DNA from: an uncultured delta proteobacterium
Lineage (GTDB): Bacteria; Desulfobacterota; Binatia; UBA9968
Length of the DNA: 64,000 bases
Direction: 5' to 3'
Assembly (NCBI GenBank): GCA_963816145.1
Contig: CAWFJP010000018.1
Coordinates: forward strand, 64,001-128,000
Shown: piece after piece, positions 24,716 through 35,372 of the stretch
How the letters are laid out: each line of letters begins with the position of its first letter
Numbering within the stretch: position 1 is the first letter of the stretch
Position numbers and translations under genes: made by a program
The notes under the pieces: generated by a model
What the model saw: only the letters and a program-made list of their open reading frames with translations
Database searches by the model: none
Told to the model about the DNA's origin: nothing

Positions 24716-24803
24716 ATTCCCCCTTGGAAAAGGATGGCAAGGGTTTTTTTTGCAAACCCACAGTTCAAATCCCGCCTCGATCCCGCTTTTTCAAAGGGGA
24801 GGC
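24716..24803. repeat. Degenerate CCCCCTT..AAAGGGGG-type REP-like doublet
   Basis: ttcccccttggaaaagg and cccgctttttcaaagggggag in the spoVR-aroE spacer. Confidence 0.4.
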
Positions 24804-24911
24804 TCTGAAATTGTTTTTTAAACATATTTCTCGGCCGGGATGCTAGGATACTGTTGCCGGTTGCCAAAACCTTGGCTGCATGCGACTACTTGAAAACAGC
24901 GCAGACCGGCC

Positions 24912-26021
24912 ATGGCAGCGATACTGAGCATCAAGCAAATTCACGCGCATATATCCAACCGTTTGGCTGAAAAAGCCATCGCCGGTAAGACCGTGGCCGG
25001 CATCATCGGCGACAGTCCATCGCGCTATTCGAAGAGCCCCGGCCTGTGGAACGCGGCGTTTCGCCATTTAGGGATGAATGCGACTTACCTGCCCTTCGAT
25101 GTCGACGCTGCCCATGTCGACGACCTACTGCGCCTCCTGCGGGCTTCGGAACAGTTCATCGGTCTCAACGTCACTGTGCCACACAAAGTGCGGGTGATGG
25201 ATTTTCTCGACGAGCTCGACCCCGGCGCCGCGCGCATCCAGGCGGTCAACACCGTGGTTCGCTCGGCGGATGGCAAGCTGACCGGATACAACACCGACGG
25301 CGAGGGATTTCTCGATAGCCTATTCCTGCCGACGCCGGAGCATCCACAAGGTTTCATGCCATCACTTGCCGGCATCGATGTCTTGCTCTTGGGCGCTGGC
25401 GGCTCGGCCCGCGCCGTGGCTTTTCACGTCAGCGATCGGATCGGCCATGGAAAACTGATCATCGCCAATCGGACCCTTGCTCAAGCGCAATCTCTCGCCG
25501 GCGAAATTACCATTCTCGGCCGCCAAGCGATCGCCATCGGCGAAGAGGATGTTTCAATCTGGGCGCCAAAAGTCGGATTGATTGTCAACAGCACGACCAA
25601 AGGCCAAGGCGGTGTGCGTAAGCTTAACAATGGCATGGCAACCATGCTGGCACCCTATTCCGCCCTGGCGCCGGCGCAACCGCCGCTGCTTGCCGAGAGT
25701 CTAGGCGATGGTTTTGAAAGGCAATGGCACGCGGCGGCAGGCAACGACATCGAAGCCAACAACCGTAGCTCCGAGTCCCTAACCGCGACGATCCCCGTCG
25801 CGACGCGCTTTTACGATCTGATTTATCATCCCGAAGAAACCGTCTTCCTGCGTCATGGCCGGGAGACCGGGCATCGAACCATGAACGGCAAAACCATGAT
25901 CGTCTGCCAGGCGGTCATCGCCTTCTGCCGCAGAATCTGCCAACGGCAATTGCAGGCCTTGGGCAAAAACACGCCAGCCACCCAGCGCCAAGTCGCCGAG
26001 ATCATGTTCGCGAATTGGTGA
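24912..26021 (+). CDS. aroE: Shikimate dehydrogenase family protein
   Basis: SKSP, NVTVPHK, AVNT, NTDGEG, LLGAGGSARA, DLIYHP. Confidence 0.9.
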   Translation: MAAILSIKQIHAHISNRLAEKAIAGKTVAGIIGDSPSRYSKSPGLWNAAFRHLGMNATYLPFDVDAAHVDDLLRLLRASEQFIGLNVTVPHKVRVMDFLDELDPGAARIQAVNTVVRSADGKLTGYNTDGEGFLDSLFLPTPEHPQGFMPSLAGIDVLLLGAGGSARAVAFHVSDRIGHGKLIIANRTLAQAQSLAGEITILGRQAIAIGEEDVSIWAPKVGLIVNSTTKGQGGVRKLNNGMATMLAPYSALAPAQPPLLAESLGDGFERQWHAAAGNDIEANNRSSESLTATIPVATRFYDLIYHPEETVFLRHGRETGHRTMNGKTMIVCQAVIAFCRRICQRQLQALGKNTPATQRQVAEIMFANW

Positions 26022-26215
26022 CAGCGCGGCGATTCCGCGGCTCAAACGGATCTCTGCATCGCGCCTGTTTCGAGCTGCCGGCTTCGGCGAAGCTCTGGTT
26101 ATTCGGAACCGCCGAAAAAATATTGGCCGCCGGCCGGCCAGACATGCCTAGATCGACGCGTTGTTTTAGGATTCCGAGAGTTCATAATGCCGGCTCAAGC
26201 AAGGAGAATCGCGGT

Positions 26216-26941
26216 ATGAAAGACGTCGAACAGGATCTCATAGCGACTGCGCTGCCCTATTGGGAAACCGAGGCGACGATCGTTCGGCGATTTTTCAAGA
26301 GCAAGCCGACGCGGGAGGATCATATTTTTTGGCTCAAGGCGCAGCTGTGGAAGGAGCTCCATCCGGTGGACGGTTATTTCACCGGGCTGCAGAAGGAACT
26401 GAACAATCTGGTGGCGAGTTTTCCCGAGATCGACAAAACCATCGGCCGCCATCAATATCACTCGCTCCTGGAACAACTCACTCAAGAGTTCAATCACTAC
26501 GTGCTCATGGCCGACGTTCTCGAATATCTTCTGCGTCATGCGGTTTCCGCCGAGGATACGTTTCAACTACCGCAGGAGAAAATACTCGGAGATATGCGCC
26601 GAGCTTACGCAAACTCGGGATCGGCCGTCGATAGGGCCGCCGTCCTCGTCACCGAAGGCGGCGGCGCGCGGATGTTCCGCGAAGGAAGAAAGCTAAAAGG
26701 CGGCCAGCTCGAAAGAATGATCGCCAGCGCGATGGAGGTCGTCTATCGCGACGAAAAGAACCACTATAAGGACGCCGCCAGAGAAGCGGCCCGCGCCGTC
26801 CGGACCAAGCCAGACCTGGCGCGAATGAAAAAGGCGGTCAAGGAAGTAAGCCTGCAACGAGTCCATATGCGCAATGAGATGTTCAAGGCAGCGCTGACGA
26901 GCGACGAAATCAAAAGGTGTCTGGCATCTCACGCGCATTGA
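26216..26941 (+). CDS. Ferritin-like (di-iron) hypothetical protein
   Basis: RBS AAGGAG; two ExxH motifs (EFNH, DEKNH) plus KE and TEGGG helices. Confidence 0.65.
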   Translation: MKDVEQDLIATALPYWETEATIVRRFFKSKPTREDHIFWLKAQLWKELHPVDGYFTGLQKELNNLVASFPEIDKTIGRHQYHSLLEQLTQEFNHYVLMADVLEYLLRHAVSAEDTFQLPQEKILGDMRRAYANSGSAVDRAAVLVTEGGGARMFREGRKLKGGQLERMIASAMEVVYRDEKNHYKDAAREAARAVRTKPDLARMKKAVKEVSLQRVHMRNEMFKAALTSDEIKRCLASHAH

Positions 26942-27289
26942 ATCTGATATGCCCCGCGGCTTGCTGCGGGGACAAACTTGTTGGGGTTGCCAAAATGGGG
27001 TTGAACATCTTCTTTGGTCGCGCGCGGGATCCAGACCCCGATGGCGAAATGCCAAGTTGAGTAATCGCCTGACCGGCACTGCCGCGCTAGGAAGTATGCC
27101 CCTGCCCCTGATTTCCTGATCCTGTCACGTTCCCAAGTTGTCTTCACCGATCGCGCGTTGACAATCAAACCGTACATCAAATACTTTGCACCGAGGGTTG
27201 ATGCAGCTGAGATGAATTGCCGGCAGTGTCGGCACGAAGATCCGCTCTTGTAGCAGTCCGCTGATCGGCAGGACGGAGGACAAGCAAAT

Positions 27290-28925
27290 ATGGCAGAGCA
27301 AGTACTCGTGGTGCAGGGTGGAAAACTGATTGACGGCACCGGCCGGCCGCCGATCGAGAATTCCGTAATTGTCATCCATGCAGGCAAATTCCAGGCGATC
27401 GGCAGGAGCGGCGAACTCCCTATTCCCGCCGGCGCTGAGGTCGTTGACGCCAAGGGCAAGACCGTTCTGCCGGGGTTCATCGATGGACATGGCCACCTGG
27501 AGGATTTTCATGGCGAGCTTTATCTTCATCTGGGAATTACCACCTGCGCCAATATCGAGCTCTACCAGGACGGCCCGTGGACTCTGGCGCAAAAACAGGG
27601 CACCGCTCTGGGGAAAATCCGCGGGCCGCGGATTTGGATGTCGGGCCGGGCGATCGGCGGCGTCAGCACCGGGCACGATGCCTTTGGCTCGCGAACCGCC
27701 CGCGACAACATCATCGTCACAACGCCGGAGGCAGTGCGCCGAGCGGTGCAGCGGAAAAAGGAGCTTGGCTGCGACATTCTCAAGGTCAATGAGTTTCTTT
27801 CCTTGGACCTGGTGCAGGTCGCAGCCGACGAAGCGCACCGGCTCGGCATGCCGGTGGCCGCCCATAGTTGGGATGTCGTCGGTCATGCGAACGCGGGCGT
27901 CGATGCCATCGAGCATATCTGGTCGGTCGGTTACAGCTCGATTCCTTACGCACCCGCCAGACGCAAGCTCGCCGAGGATCGGCTCGGCGGCGTGATCGAT
28001 CAGGAGCTCGCCGGCGCTTATTACCAGACAGAAAATTTCGCCGCGGTGATCGGCGCCATGGTCGAGCACCAGGTGGCGTGGACCCCGACCATCGCCAAGT
28101 GGCTGCGGCCGCTTTCGCCGAGCGCGGAGCGCTTTAGAAAAAGAGAACAGGAGATCTTGAACGACCCTGATGCCGATCTGCCCGCGGCGGTCCGCGCGGT
28201 GACCGACAACTCCTACGACAAGTTACTCAAGCGCTATACGCCGGCGCAGCTCGAGCAAGCCAAAGTCGGCTATGAAAAAGCCAAAGAATTCATCCGCCGT
28301 TTTGTCCAAGCCGGCGGCATTCTCAAGGAAGGCTCGGACCCGCCGCGCGGCATGGCCGCGTTGCTGATGCATCAGGCGCTGGCGATGGACGTGGAGGCGG
28401 GCGTGCCGCCGATGAAGGCGATCCAAGCCGCCACGCTCAACGTCGCCAGGACGTTCAAGAAAGACCAAGACTATGGCAGCGTCGAGCCCGGCAAGGTCGC
28501 GGATCTTTCCATCGTCGAGGGCGATCCGCTGGAAGACATCTGGATGACGCAGAACGTCAAGCTGGTCGTCATGGACGGCAAGGTCATCGAAAGCGGGTTT
28601 AAAAAATATAAGAATCCGATCGCGTCATTCTATTCCTACCAGAGCCTGCCACTGGACCTGGAAATCTCCCCGCTGTTTCTCATCGAGGGCTCCGGCCCGA
28701 CGACGTTGAGGGTGCGCGGCGCAGGGCGGCATGTGGCCGTTCCATCGCGTCATGTTGAACGGTCAGCCGCTGCCGACCAGTTTTGTCTCGAAGGACGAGC
28801 TCAAGGCGATCATTGCCCCCGAGGCGATACCGACCGCCGGCACTTACATCGTCACGCTCAAGTGCGAAGGCGAAGCGTTCCCCGAGTCCCATCGTGCCCA
28901 TCTGGTGGTGGGCTTCAAGCCCTAG
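27290..28925 (+). CDS. Amidohydrolase (imidazolonepropionase-like) with a C-terminal Ig/IPT-like domain; frameshift near 28720
   Basis: LIDGTG, PGFIDGHGH, GSD, GSVEPGKVAD; reading continues in ORF 28731-28925. Confidence 0.85.
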
Positions 28926-29009
28926 TCATAGCGCGATTAGAGTAACTGTCACAGATCTCAGTAGGACTGATAGGGTTGTTACACGTCACCCTGGGACTTT
29001 AACTTGGGG

Positions 29010-29110
29010 GCTTCAGCCAACAGATCCAACTGACATAATCTCGTTGCTGTTATCATGACATATTGACGTTGCTACGACACCGTTCATCAGAAAAGTAGCC
29101 TGCCCCCCCT
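29010..29110 (+). repeat. About 90-bp repeat, copy 1 (divergent RAYT-end-like unit followed by the AAGTAGCCTGYCCC motif)
   Basis: Aligns with 30313-30402. Confidence 0.65.
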
Positions 29111-29230
29111 TTCTTACCGACTCAGAGAGTTTAGAAATTTGACCGAGGACCAGCGGCGAGATGCCGCTGCCACTTTCTTGACACTTCACCTGCGAACGGA
29201 GGTCTTTGGAAAAACGATTCTCCCGCGCCG

Positions 29231-29497
29231 TCAAAAAATAACCGAGTCGCGCCGGAAATGCTCCGGCGGCACCAGGAAGACTTCGCTGTCGTTTTCGAGC
29301 CGAAATTTTCGCCCGCTTCTGGGGCAAAAAGTACTATGGCCGCGAATTGCCTCAACCTGCGCCGGTATCGATCGGCCGTGAAACAATTCGGCAATGCTTT
29401 GTTTGCGCTGGAGAACTTCTTCGATGTGCAGCCTCAAGAGCACCGGATGATCGCGGCCACAATCCTGGCAGTGCACTGAAATATCGTAGGCAGGCAT
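29231..29497 (-). CDS. Small Cys/His (putative zinc-binding) hypothetical protein
   Basis: CQDCGRDH...CPRSG; purine-rich upstream sequence. Confidence 0.65.
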   Translation of the reverse strand: MPAYDISVHCQDCGRDHPVLLRLHIEEVLQRKQSIAELFHGRSIPAQVEAIRGHSTFCPRSGRKFRLENDSEVFLVPPEHFRRDSVIF

Positions 29498-29862
29498 GGT
29501 ACTGTCTCTCTTCCACCGGACTCCTATTGCCGACTTCGTGGACCGTGCGAAAATAAGTTGAGTTCCCCGATGGCGCTAGAAGCGACAAAGTTATTTTTCT
29601 GCAACCGTTTATGAATAAACCTTCGAACGCCGGTGCATTTCTGTAGGAAGGACACTGCACCGCTGGTGCCGACATTTTTTCTGGAACCAAGCATGAATTT
29701 TCCCTCCCGGCGTTTATCCCCTGTGAATTCAACCAGTCACGGACCGGGTACAAGTGAAACAGAAGTGTGCAGGTCGTCGCGTTATTGCTGCCGCTAAAAC
29801 CTACGCAGCATACGTGCCAAAACAATATCTCGAACAGGAATAAAGTCAGCGACTGCCATCAC

Positions 29863-30093
29863 ATCCCCGTCGCGGCGCGTTTCTACGATCTGATATATCA
29901 CCCGGAAGAAACCGTTTTCCTGCGTTATGGCCGGAAGACCGGGCATCGCACCATGAACGGCAAAAACATGATCGACCGCCAGGCGGTCATCGCCTTCTGC
30001 CGCAGATTCTGCCGTCGGCAATTGCAGTCATTAGGCAAAGACACAGCCGCCACCCAGCGCGAAGTCGCCGAGGTCATGTTGGCGAATTGGTAA
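29863..30093 (+). pseudogene. Duplicated 3' end of aroE
   Basis: Direct repeat of 25791-26021; similarity continues about 45 bp past the stop. Confidence 0.9.
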
Positions 30094-30312
30094 CAGCGAG
30101 GAGATTCCGGGGGCTCACACGGCGCTCAACATCGCGTCTATCCCGGTCGTCAGCGGTGATTTTCGGCTTTCGACCCCGCGGATCATCACGCGGTGCGGCG
30201 ATCTGGGTCTATCCCACCCTGACTCCGCTAGCGCCGGCGCTTCCTTAATTCAATTTTATCCAGCTATTCAACGATGTCCGTTTCGCTCTCCGGTCCGTTT
30301 TCTGACTTGGAA

Positions 30313-30402
30313 GCTTCAGCTAACAGACCGATCTGACGTAGTCACGTTGCTGTTAATGTTACATATTCACGGTGCTATGACCCGGATAAGTAGCCTGTCC
30401 CC
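30313..30402 (+). repeat. About 90-bp repeat, copy 2
   Basis: gcttcagc...gttgctgtta...acatatt...gctatgacccgg...aagtagcctgtcccc. Confidence 0.65.
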
Positions 30403-30403
30403 T

Positions 30404-31288
30404 CTACTCAGTTGAACGAAGCGCAGCGGTTGAACGGCTGGAACGATTGGAACAGCCTTCCAACAACAGGCGCAACCGCTCGGCGCGTTCTATCCCGGCC
30501 GCTTCCAGGCTGGCAGCGAACGCCGAGCGCGCGCCGACCAGCGGCGCGACGTCGCATTCGAGAAAGCGCAGCCGGCCGCTGTCCTTCTCATGAATCAGAT
30601 CGATGCGCGCGGCCCAATTGACGCCGAATACTTCGGCGATCCTTTGCGCGGCGTCTCTCACCCGCGCCGCGACACCGATGTCGGCGAGCGGCGCGCGCGG
30701 CGGGCGAAGCAAATATTTGCGCCAGAAGGAATACGGTGTGCCTTCGGGCAAATGAATCTGCAGCGGCACGCCGACGCGCCCGTGCAACACGGCAACGGTC
30801 AACTCTGTCCCGTGAATGTACTCCTGCGCTATGTAAGCCTCGGTTCGAAACCGCGCGGGAATCGGACCGCCGCGCAAGAGTCGTACGCCGAGCGAGTCGG
30901 AGCCGCGGCGCGGCTTCAGAATCAACGGAAACGCCATGCTGCCGGCAGCGTCGGCGAGCGATGTCGGGGGAGAGTCCACGCTATTCGCCGCGGCGAGGCG
31001 ATGGGCTTGGTATTTGTCGTAGCAGCGCGCCATGACTTCAGCGCTGGGACCGATAAAAGAGCGCCTGGCGCTCGTGAGCGCCTGTGCGGCGGCAAGCATC
31101 ACGGGATCCGAAAGCCGCAACAAAAGCATCTCGGCAGTCAAATACTGTATCGAATCGGCGCGGTACCGCAGGACGTTGACTTGATGTCCGGCGCGCCGCA
31201 GTTCTCCGGCGATGGCGCGCGCTTCACCGCGGTGTATCCAGGCGAGCGGATGAGGACGCCAAGGTTCACGAAGAAGGGTGATCTTCAA
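30404..31288 (-). CDS. ATP-grasp protein (D-Ala-D-Ala ligase-like, divergent)
   Basis: CYDK, FPLILKPRRGSDSLGV, QEYIHGTELTV, ARID, FLEC; the 3' end runs into GTTCCA repeats. Confidence 0.8.
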   Translation of the reverse strand: MKITLLREPWRPHPLAWIHRGEARAIAGELRRAGHQVNVLRYRADSIQYLTAEMLLLRLSDPVMLAAAQALTSARRSFIGPSAEVMARCYDKYQAHRLAAANSVDSPPTSLADAAGSMAFPLILKPRRGSDSLGVRLLRGGPIPARFRTEAYIAQEYIHGTELTVAVLHGRVGVPLQIHLPEGTPYSFWRKYLLRPPRAPLADIGVAARVRDAAQRIAEVFGVNWAARIDLIHEKDSGRLRFLECDVAPLVGARSAFAASLEAAGIERAERLRLLLEGCSNRSSRSTAALRSTE

Positions 31289-31467
31289 AGCCCGCGATCA
31301 GAAAATCGCTATACGGATCGACCAGCAGCAGCCCGGTCCGGTCCGGAAAATAGTTGATTTTGCTCATCAGATATCTTTCGGATTGTCGCCGAGCTCCACG
31401 ACCGAACAGCGTTCACCTGATCCATTCCTTGCCATGAGTCGAACGCATGGGGCACCAAACGGAGTTG

Positions 31468-31535
31468 AAAGTGGCGCAGGCGTCCCGCCTCCGATCTGGT
31501 TGGGAAAATCACCGGCGGGACACCGCTGCCACTTT
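31468..31535. repeat. REPIN-like inverted doublet
   Basis: aaagtggcgcaggcgtcccgcc ... ggcgggacaccgctgccacttt. Confidence 0.55.
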
Positions 31536-31704
31536 ATTAAGCCGCACAGTCATTAAGCGAAACCACTTCGCGGGCGGGGATTTAACCCCGCCGCCAATTT
31601 CAATATTGCAAAGGGGGATGCTCGCCCCCTTGGAAACCCCATTTAGTTGTGCCCGCCTCAAGAGGCGGGGTTAATGATAAATCAACCGTTCTCGCTGCGC
31701 CGAC

Positions 31705-32061
31705 CTAGCGCGGCGCGCGGATCTCCATCTCCAAACCGTTGGGGTCTTTGACGAAGATGGTCGTCAGCTTGCCGGCGGCGTCGCGATTTTCGCGCAGGAT
31801 CGTTGCGCCCTTTTCTTTGAAATCCTGGCGCACCTGGTCGATATCGTCGGTGACGAAGCCGTAGTGATGGACGCCGACGGCGGTCGCCGACTCCATCAGT
31901 TGGATCGCCGGCGCGCCGGCGATGCGCATGAAGCAAAACGCATAACCGGCATCGCCTTTGCGGATCGCCGTCGGTTGGGCGCCGAAAAACTTCTGATAGA
32001 ACTCGATCGCTGCGTTCAAGTCTTTGCAGTAAATCGCCACATGTTCCAATTGGTAGTTCAT
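31705..32061 (-). CDS. VOC/glyoxalase family protein
   Basis: LEHVAI, FYQKFFG, HHYGF, FVKDPNG..MEI; RBS AGGAGG. Confidence 0.9.
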   Translation of the reverse strand: MNYQLEHVAIYCKDLNAAIEFYQKFFGAQPTAIRKGDAGYAFCFMRIAGAPAIQLMESATAVGVHHYGFVTDDIDQVRQDFKEKGATILRENRDAAGKLTTIFVKDPNGLEMEIRAPR

Positions 32062-32284
32062 CTTTCCTCCTGCCGGCACACTATCATACATCCGATCCGG
32101 CGTCGCCCCGTCGCGCCGGCCGGCGCAAGCACGCGCCTCCAATGAATGTTTGAATGTTGTAGAGGTTTGCGCTTCGCGAACCGCCTGCTAGTTTGTAATT
32201 CCCAGGGTGTGGCGGCACAGGCAGGTTGCGGCGCTAAAGCAAACGGAGCAGCCACGGCCGATGTGATTTTCGGTGTGTGTAGAG

Positions 32285-34246
32285 ATGAATTCCGACCGCG
32301 TCACTTCGCAGCGCAAAGCCTTATCCGGATCGGCAGATGTCCGCGATGCGCTCCATGCGGCTGTCCAAGATGCCGATCCGAGCAGCTTGGAACGCGCCCG
32401 GTCGCTGATCGCCGGCAGGGTTGCCGCGGATGAACCCGCCCGCGAGTCGGTGGAGCGCGGCGCGGAAAGCGCCGAGCTTCTCGGCAAACTCGGCATGGAT
32501 GCCGAGACTCTTGCCGTCGCCCTGCTGTTTCCCCTCGTCGACGACGGGGCACTCGATGTGGCGGCGATCGAGAAATCGGTCGGCATCGAGGTTGCCCGCC
32601 TGACCCAAGGGGCCCTTCGTATCGCCAGCCTTAAGGCTCTGCGCAAAACCGCAAGCGAGATTTTACAAGCCAATCGCCTGCGCCAGCTGCTATTGACCAT
32701 CGCCGAGGACCCGCGGGTCGTGCTGGTGAGCCTGGCGCACCACCTCTGCGCTCTGCGCCGAGCCGGCAACGCCTCCGAACAGACACGCCACACCCTCGCT
32801 CAGGAAACCGTCGAAGTTTTCGCGCCGCTGGCGAACCGCCTGGGCGTTTGGGAGCTCAAACAGGAGCTCGAAGATCTCGCTTTTCGCTACCTGGAGCCGG
32901 ACGCTTATCAGCGCATCTCGGACGGGCTCGATCAGCGGCACTCGGACCGTCAGCGTTACATCGCGCAGGTGGTTGCGCAACTGCGCGAAGAATTGCAGCG
33001 CGCCGGCATCAGCGCTGAGATTGGCGGCCGCCCCAAGCATGTTTACAGCGTCTGGAACAAGATGCACCAAAAGGGGCTCGATATCAGTGGCGTCTTCGAT
33101 GTCCTCGGTTTTCGCATCTTAGTGAATGACGTGAGCGACTGTTACGCGGCGCTCGGCGTGGTGCACGGGCTGTGGGAGCCGATCCTGGATGAGTTCGACG
33201 ACTACATTGCCAAACCCAAAGCCAATGGGTATCAGTCGCTGCACTCGGCGGTGATCGGTCCCGAGGGAGTGACGATCGAGGTGCAAATCCGCAGCTTCGC
33301 CATGCATCGCCACGCCGATCTGGGCGTGGCGGCGCACTGGCAGTACAAGGAAGGTCTGCCAAACCGCATCGCGTGGTCGCGCGGCTTCCTGGAAACCGAC
33401 GACAGCATGTCCCCCGGCACAGACCTGATCGAGCGCTTCAAGCAAGCGGCTTTCGTCGATCGCATCTACCTGCTCACACCGCAGGGTCATATCGTAGATC
33501 TCCCGCCCGGCGCCACGCCGCTCGACTTCGCCTATGCGATTCACACCGCGATCGGTCATCGCTGCCGCGGCGCCAAGGTCGATGGCGTGATCGTCTCGCT
33601 TACGGCGCCCCTCGCAAGCGGCCAACAGGTCGAGATCCTGACGGCGCGGCAAGGCCGGCCCAGCCGCGACTGGCTCAATCCCAATCTCGGATATCTGAAA
33701 ACGGCGTCTGCGCGCGCCAAGGTGCGTCGCTGGCTCAAAGAGCAGGATCATGAAGCCCATGTAGCCCAGGGCCGGGCCTTACTCGAGCGCGAGCACCGGC
33801 GCTTGGGCCTGAGCGAGATCAATATCGGCGAACTCGCCAAACGCTTCAATATGCGACCCGAAGAGCTGCTCGCGGCGCTGGGCCGCGGCGCTATCGCCAC
33901 CGCGCGGCTCAGCCAAGTGCTTGGCAGCGAGCTGCCGCCGCCGGCGCCGAGCCCCGCGGCATCATCGCCGCCAACGCTTGCGCGGGCCGACCTGCTGGTG
34001 CAAGGCAAGAGCAACGTTTTGACCAAGATCGCAGGTTGTTGCAGCCCCGCGCCGGGCGAACCCATTGGCGGCTACGTCACCGCGCAGGGAGGCGGTATTT
34101 CGATTCACCGGCGCGATTGTGCGAATCTGCAGCGGCTTGCGGCGCTACGGCCTCAGCGGTTGGTGGAAGTTGCCTGGGGGGAAACGAGCGCGCAGCGCCG
34201 TCCCGCGGGAAAAACGGACGCCGCTCGAAAGCAAAGCGAGCATTAA
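32285..34246 (+). CDS. relA: RelA-type (p)ppGpp synthetase lacking the C-terminal ACT domain
   Basis: APLANRLG, GRPKH, EFDDYIAKPKANGYQSLH, TGS domain (GATPLDFAY), CC..PG..I.G...IHRRDC. Confidence 0.88.
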   Translation: MNSDRVTSQRKALSGSADVRDALHAAVQDADPSSLERARSLIAGRVAADEPARESVERGAESAELLGKLGMDAETLAVALLFPLVDDGALDVAAIEKSVGIEVARLTQGALRIASLKALRKTASEILQANRLRQLLLTIAEDPRVVLVSLAHHLCALRRAGNASEQTRHTLAQETVEVFAPLANRLGVWELKQELEDLAFRYLEPDAYQRISDGLDQRHSDRQRYIAQVVAQLREELQRAGISAEIGGRPKHVYSVWNKMHQKGLDISGVFDVLGFRILVNDVSDCYAALGVVHGLWEPILDEFDDYIAKPKANGYQSLHSAVIGPEGVTIEVQIRSFAMHRHADLGVAAHWQYKEGLPNRIAWSRGFLETDDSMSPGTDLIERFKQAAFVDRIYLLTPQGHIVDLPPGATPLDFAYAIHTAIGHRCRGAKVDGVIVSLTAPLASGQQVEILTARQGRPSRDWLNPNLGYLKTASARAKVRRWLKEQDHEAHVAQGRALLEREHRRLGLSEINIGELAKRFNMRPEELLAALGRGAIATARLSQVLGSELPPPAPSPAASSPPTLARADLLVQGKSNVLTKIAGCCSPAPGEPIGGYVTAQGGGISIHRRDCANLQRLAALRPQRLVEVAWGETSAQRRPAGKTDAARKQSEH

Positions 34247-34289
34247 AAATACCCGCCACTTGTCATTAACCCTTTCCGTTTCGAGTCGG

Positions 34290-34406
34290 AACACGCGCAA
34301 GCCAAAAATGGTCCTGTGCCTTGTGCAACATGGTGGCCCGGCCGTTGCCACAGTTGATGATACGGTAAACGCCCCCGCCCCACTGTTCTCGTGGTATCCG
34401 CGGCAC
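34290..34406 (-). pseudogene. N-terminal fragment of a second-family RAYT/Y1 transposase
   Basis: GTG at 34406 reads MPRIPREQWGGGVYRIINCGNGRATMLHKAQD, resembling the MPR..R.....YHV.NRGN N-terminus of RAYTs. Confidence 0.6.
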
Positions 34407-34443
34407 GAATCGCTTCTAGCCGCTCGATCCGGATCGGACCAAG

Positions 34444-35232
34444 CTATATTGCGGGATCTTCAACGGTTTCGTCCCAAACAAGAGCGTTTTCCGAGCTTAG
34501 AGCCGCCTTTTCACCTACGGACTTGCCCGCGTAAGCTGCCGCCGGTTCCCGCAGAACGTAACTTCCTTGCACTTCGATCAACTCGCGATGTCCGGCCTTG
34601 AAGCCACGCTGATTCTGGACGTTCTCGACAAACGATAGACTGCCCACCGCGATCGATTCCGACCACCGTTCATGACAAGCCGCCAAGCCGTTCTCGATCC
34701 CTCGCTCGATCCACTCACGGTGTGCTCTTTGAAAGTCCTGCAGATCCGAGAATCCACTCAGTTCGCTCAGGCTTCGCAAGTCGATGATTGCGTAACGCTT
34801 CGGCGGCTTTTGGATCTCAGCAAAACCGCTCTCCTTCCACTTCTCAGGGTGACTCACTACCCCGGCACGAACCATGTTCAAGTCAATGTAAACTAAGCAA
34901 CGATTGAGATGTTGGTCGGCTTCGACAGCGGTAGCATGGTAGCGGTCCTGCCAAAATGCCCCGTGGCGTTCTTTGCGCTCATTGTACTCTCGTGCCGTGC
35001 GACCGGCGATGAGCTGCATGCTCTCTGCGATGACGTTTTTGCCGGTATCTTTCACCAGTAAATGAATGTGATTCGATGTCACCATGTAGTCGAGCACGCA
35101 CAAACCAAAACGCTTCTTGGCTTCAAAAAGCCAGTGCAGGTAGCGGCGCCGATCACGCTCAAACTTGAGTAGAAATTCTCTTTGATGGGAGCGGTGTGTG
35201 ATATGCCAGATGTAACCTGGCAGAAAATAAAA
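34444..35232 (-). mobile_element. REP-associated tyrosine (Y1/HUH) transposase, near complete but with the first few codons replaced
   Basis: YFLPGYIWHITHR, HUH motif NHIHLL, FWQDRY, catalytic YIDLNMVRAG. Confidence 0.88.
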
Positions 35233-35300
35233 GCCACCGACAATTCGCTTGCGGCGCAGGATTGTCGTGAAGTAAAAGTCAGACCCCGTGCTTTCCCCGC
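35233..35300 (+). repeat. About 65-bp repeat ending AAAGTCAGACCCC (second copy 44871-44935, partial copy 43935-43966)
   Basis: gccacc..aattcgc...gattgtcgtgaagt(a/t)aaagtcagaccccgtgctttcccc. Confidence 0.75.
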
Positions 35301-35372
35301 CGTGCTTTCCCCGCCGCGCTTTCCCCTGGTCGGTGTGTGACGCCTGTGCAGCTAGCTGGCGGGCCGCGCTGT

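Noticed and set aside
25791-30093. aroE 3' repeat as a diversity-generating retroelement TR/VR pair
   Set aside because: Mismatches are not adenine-specific (many C/T and C/G changes) and there is no reverse transcriptase in the window
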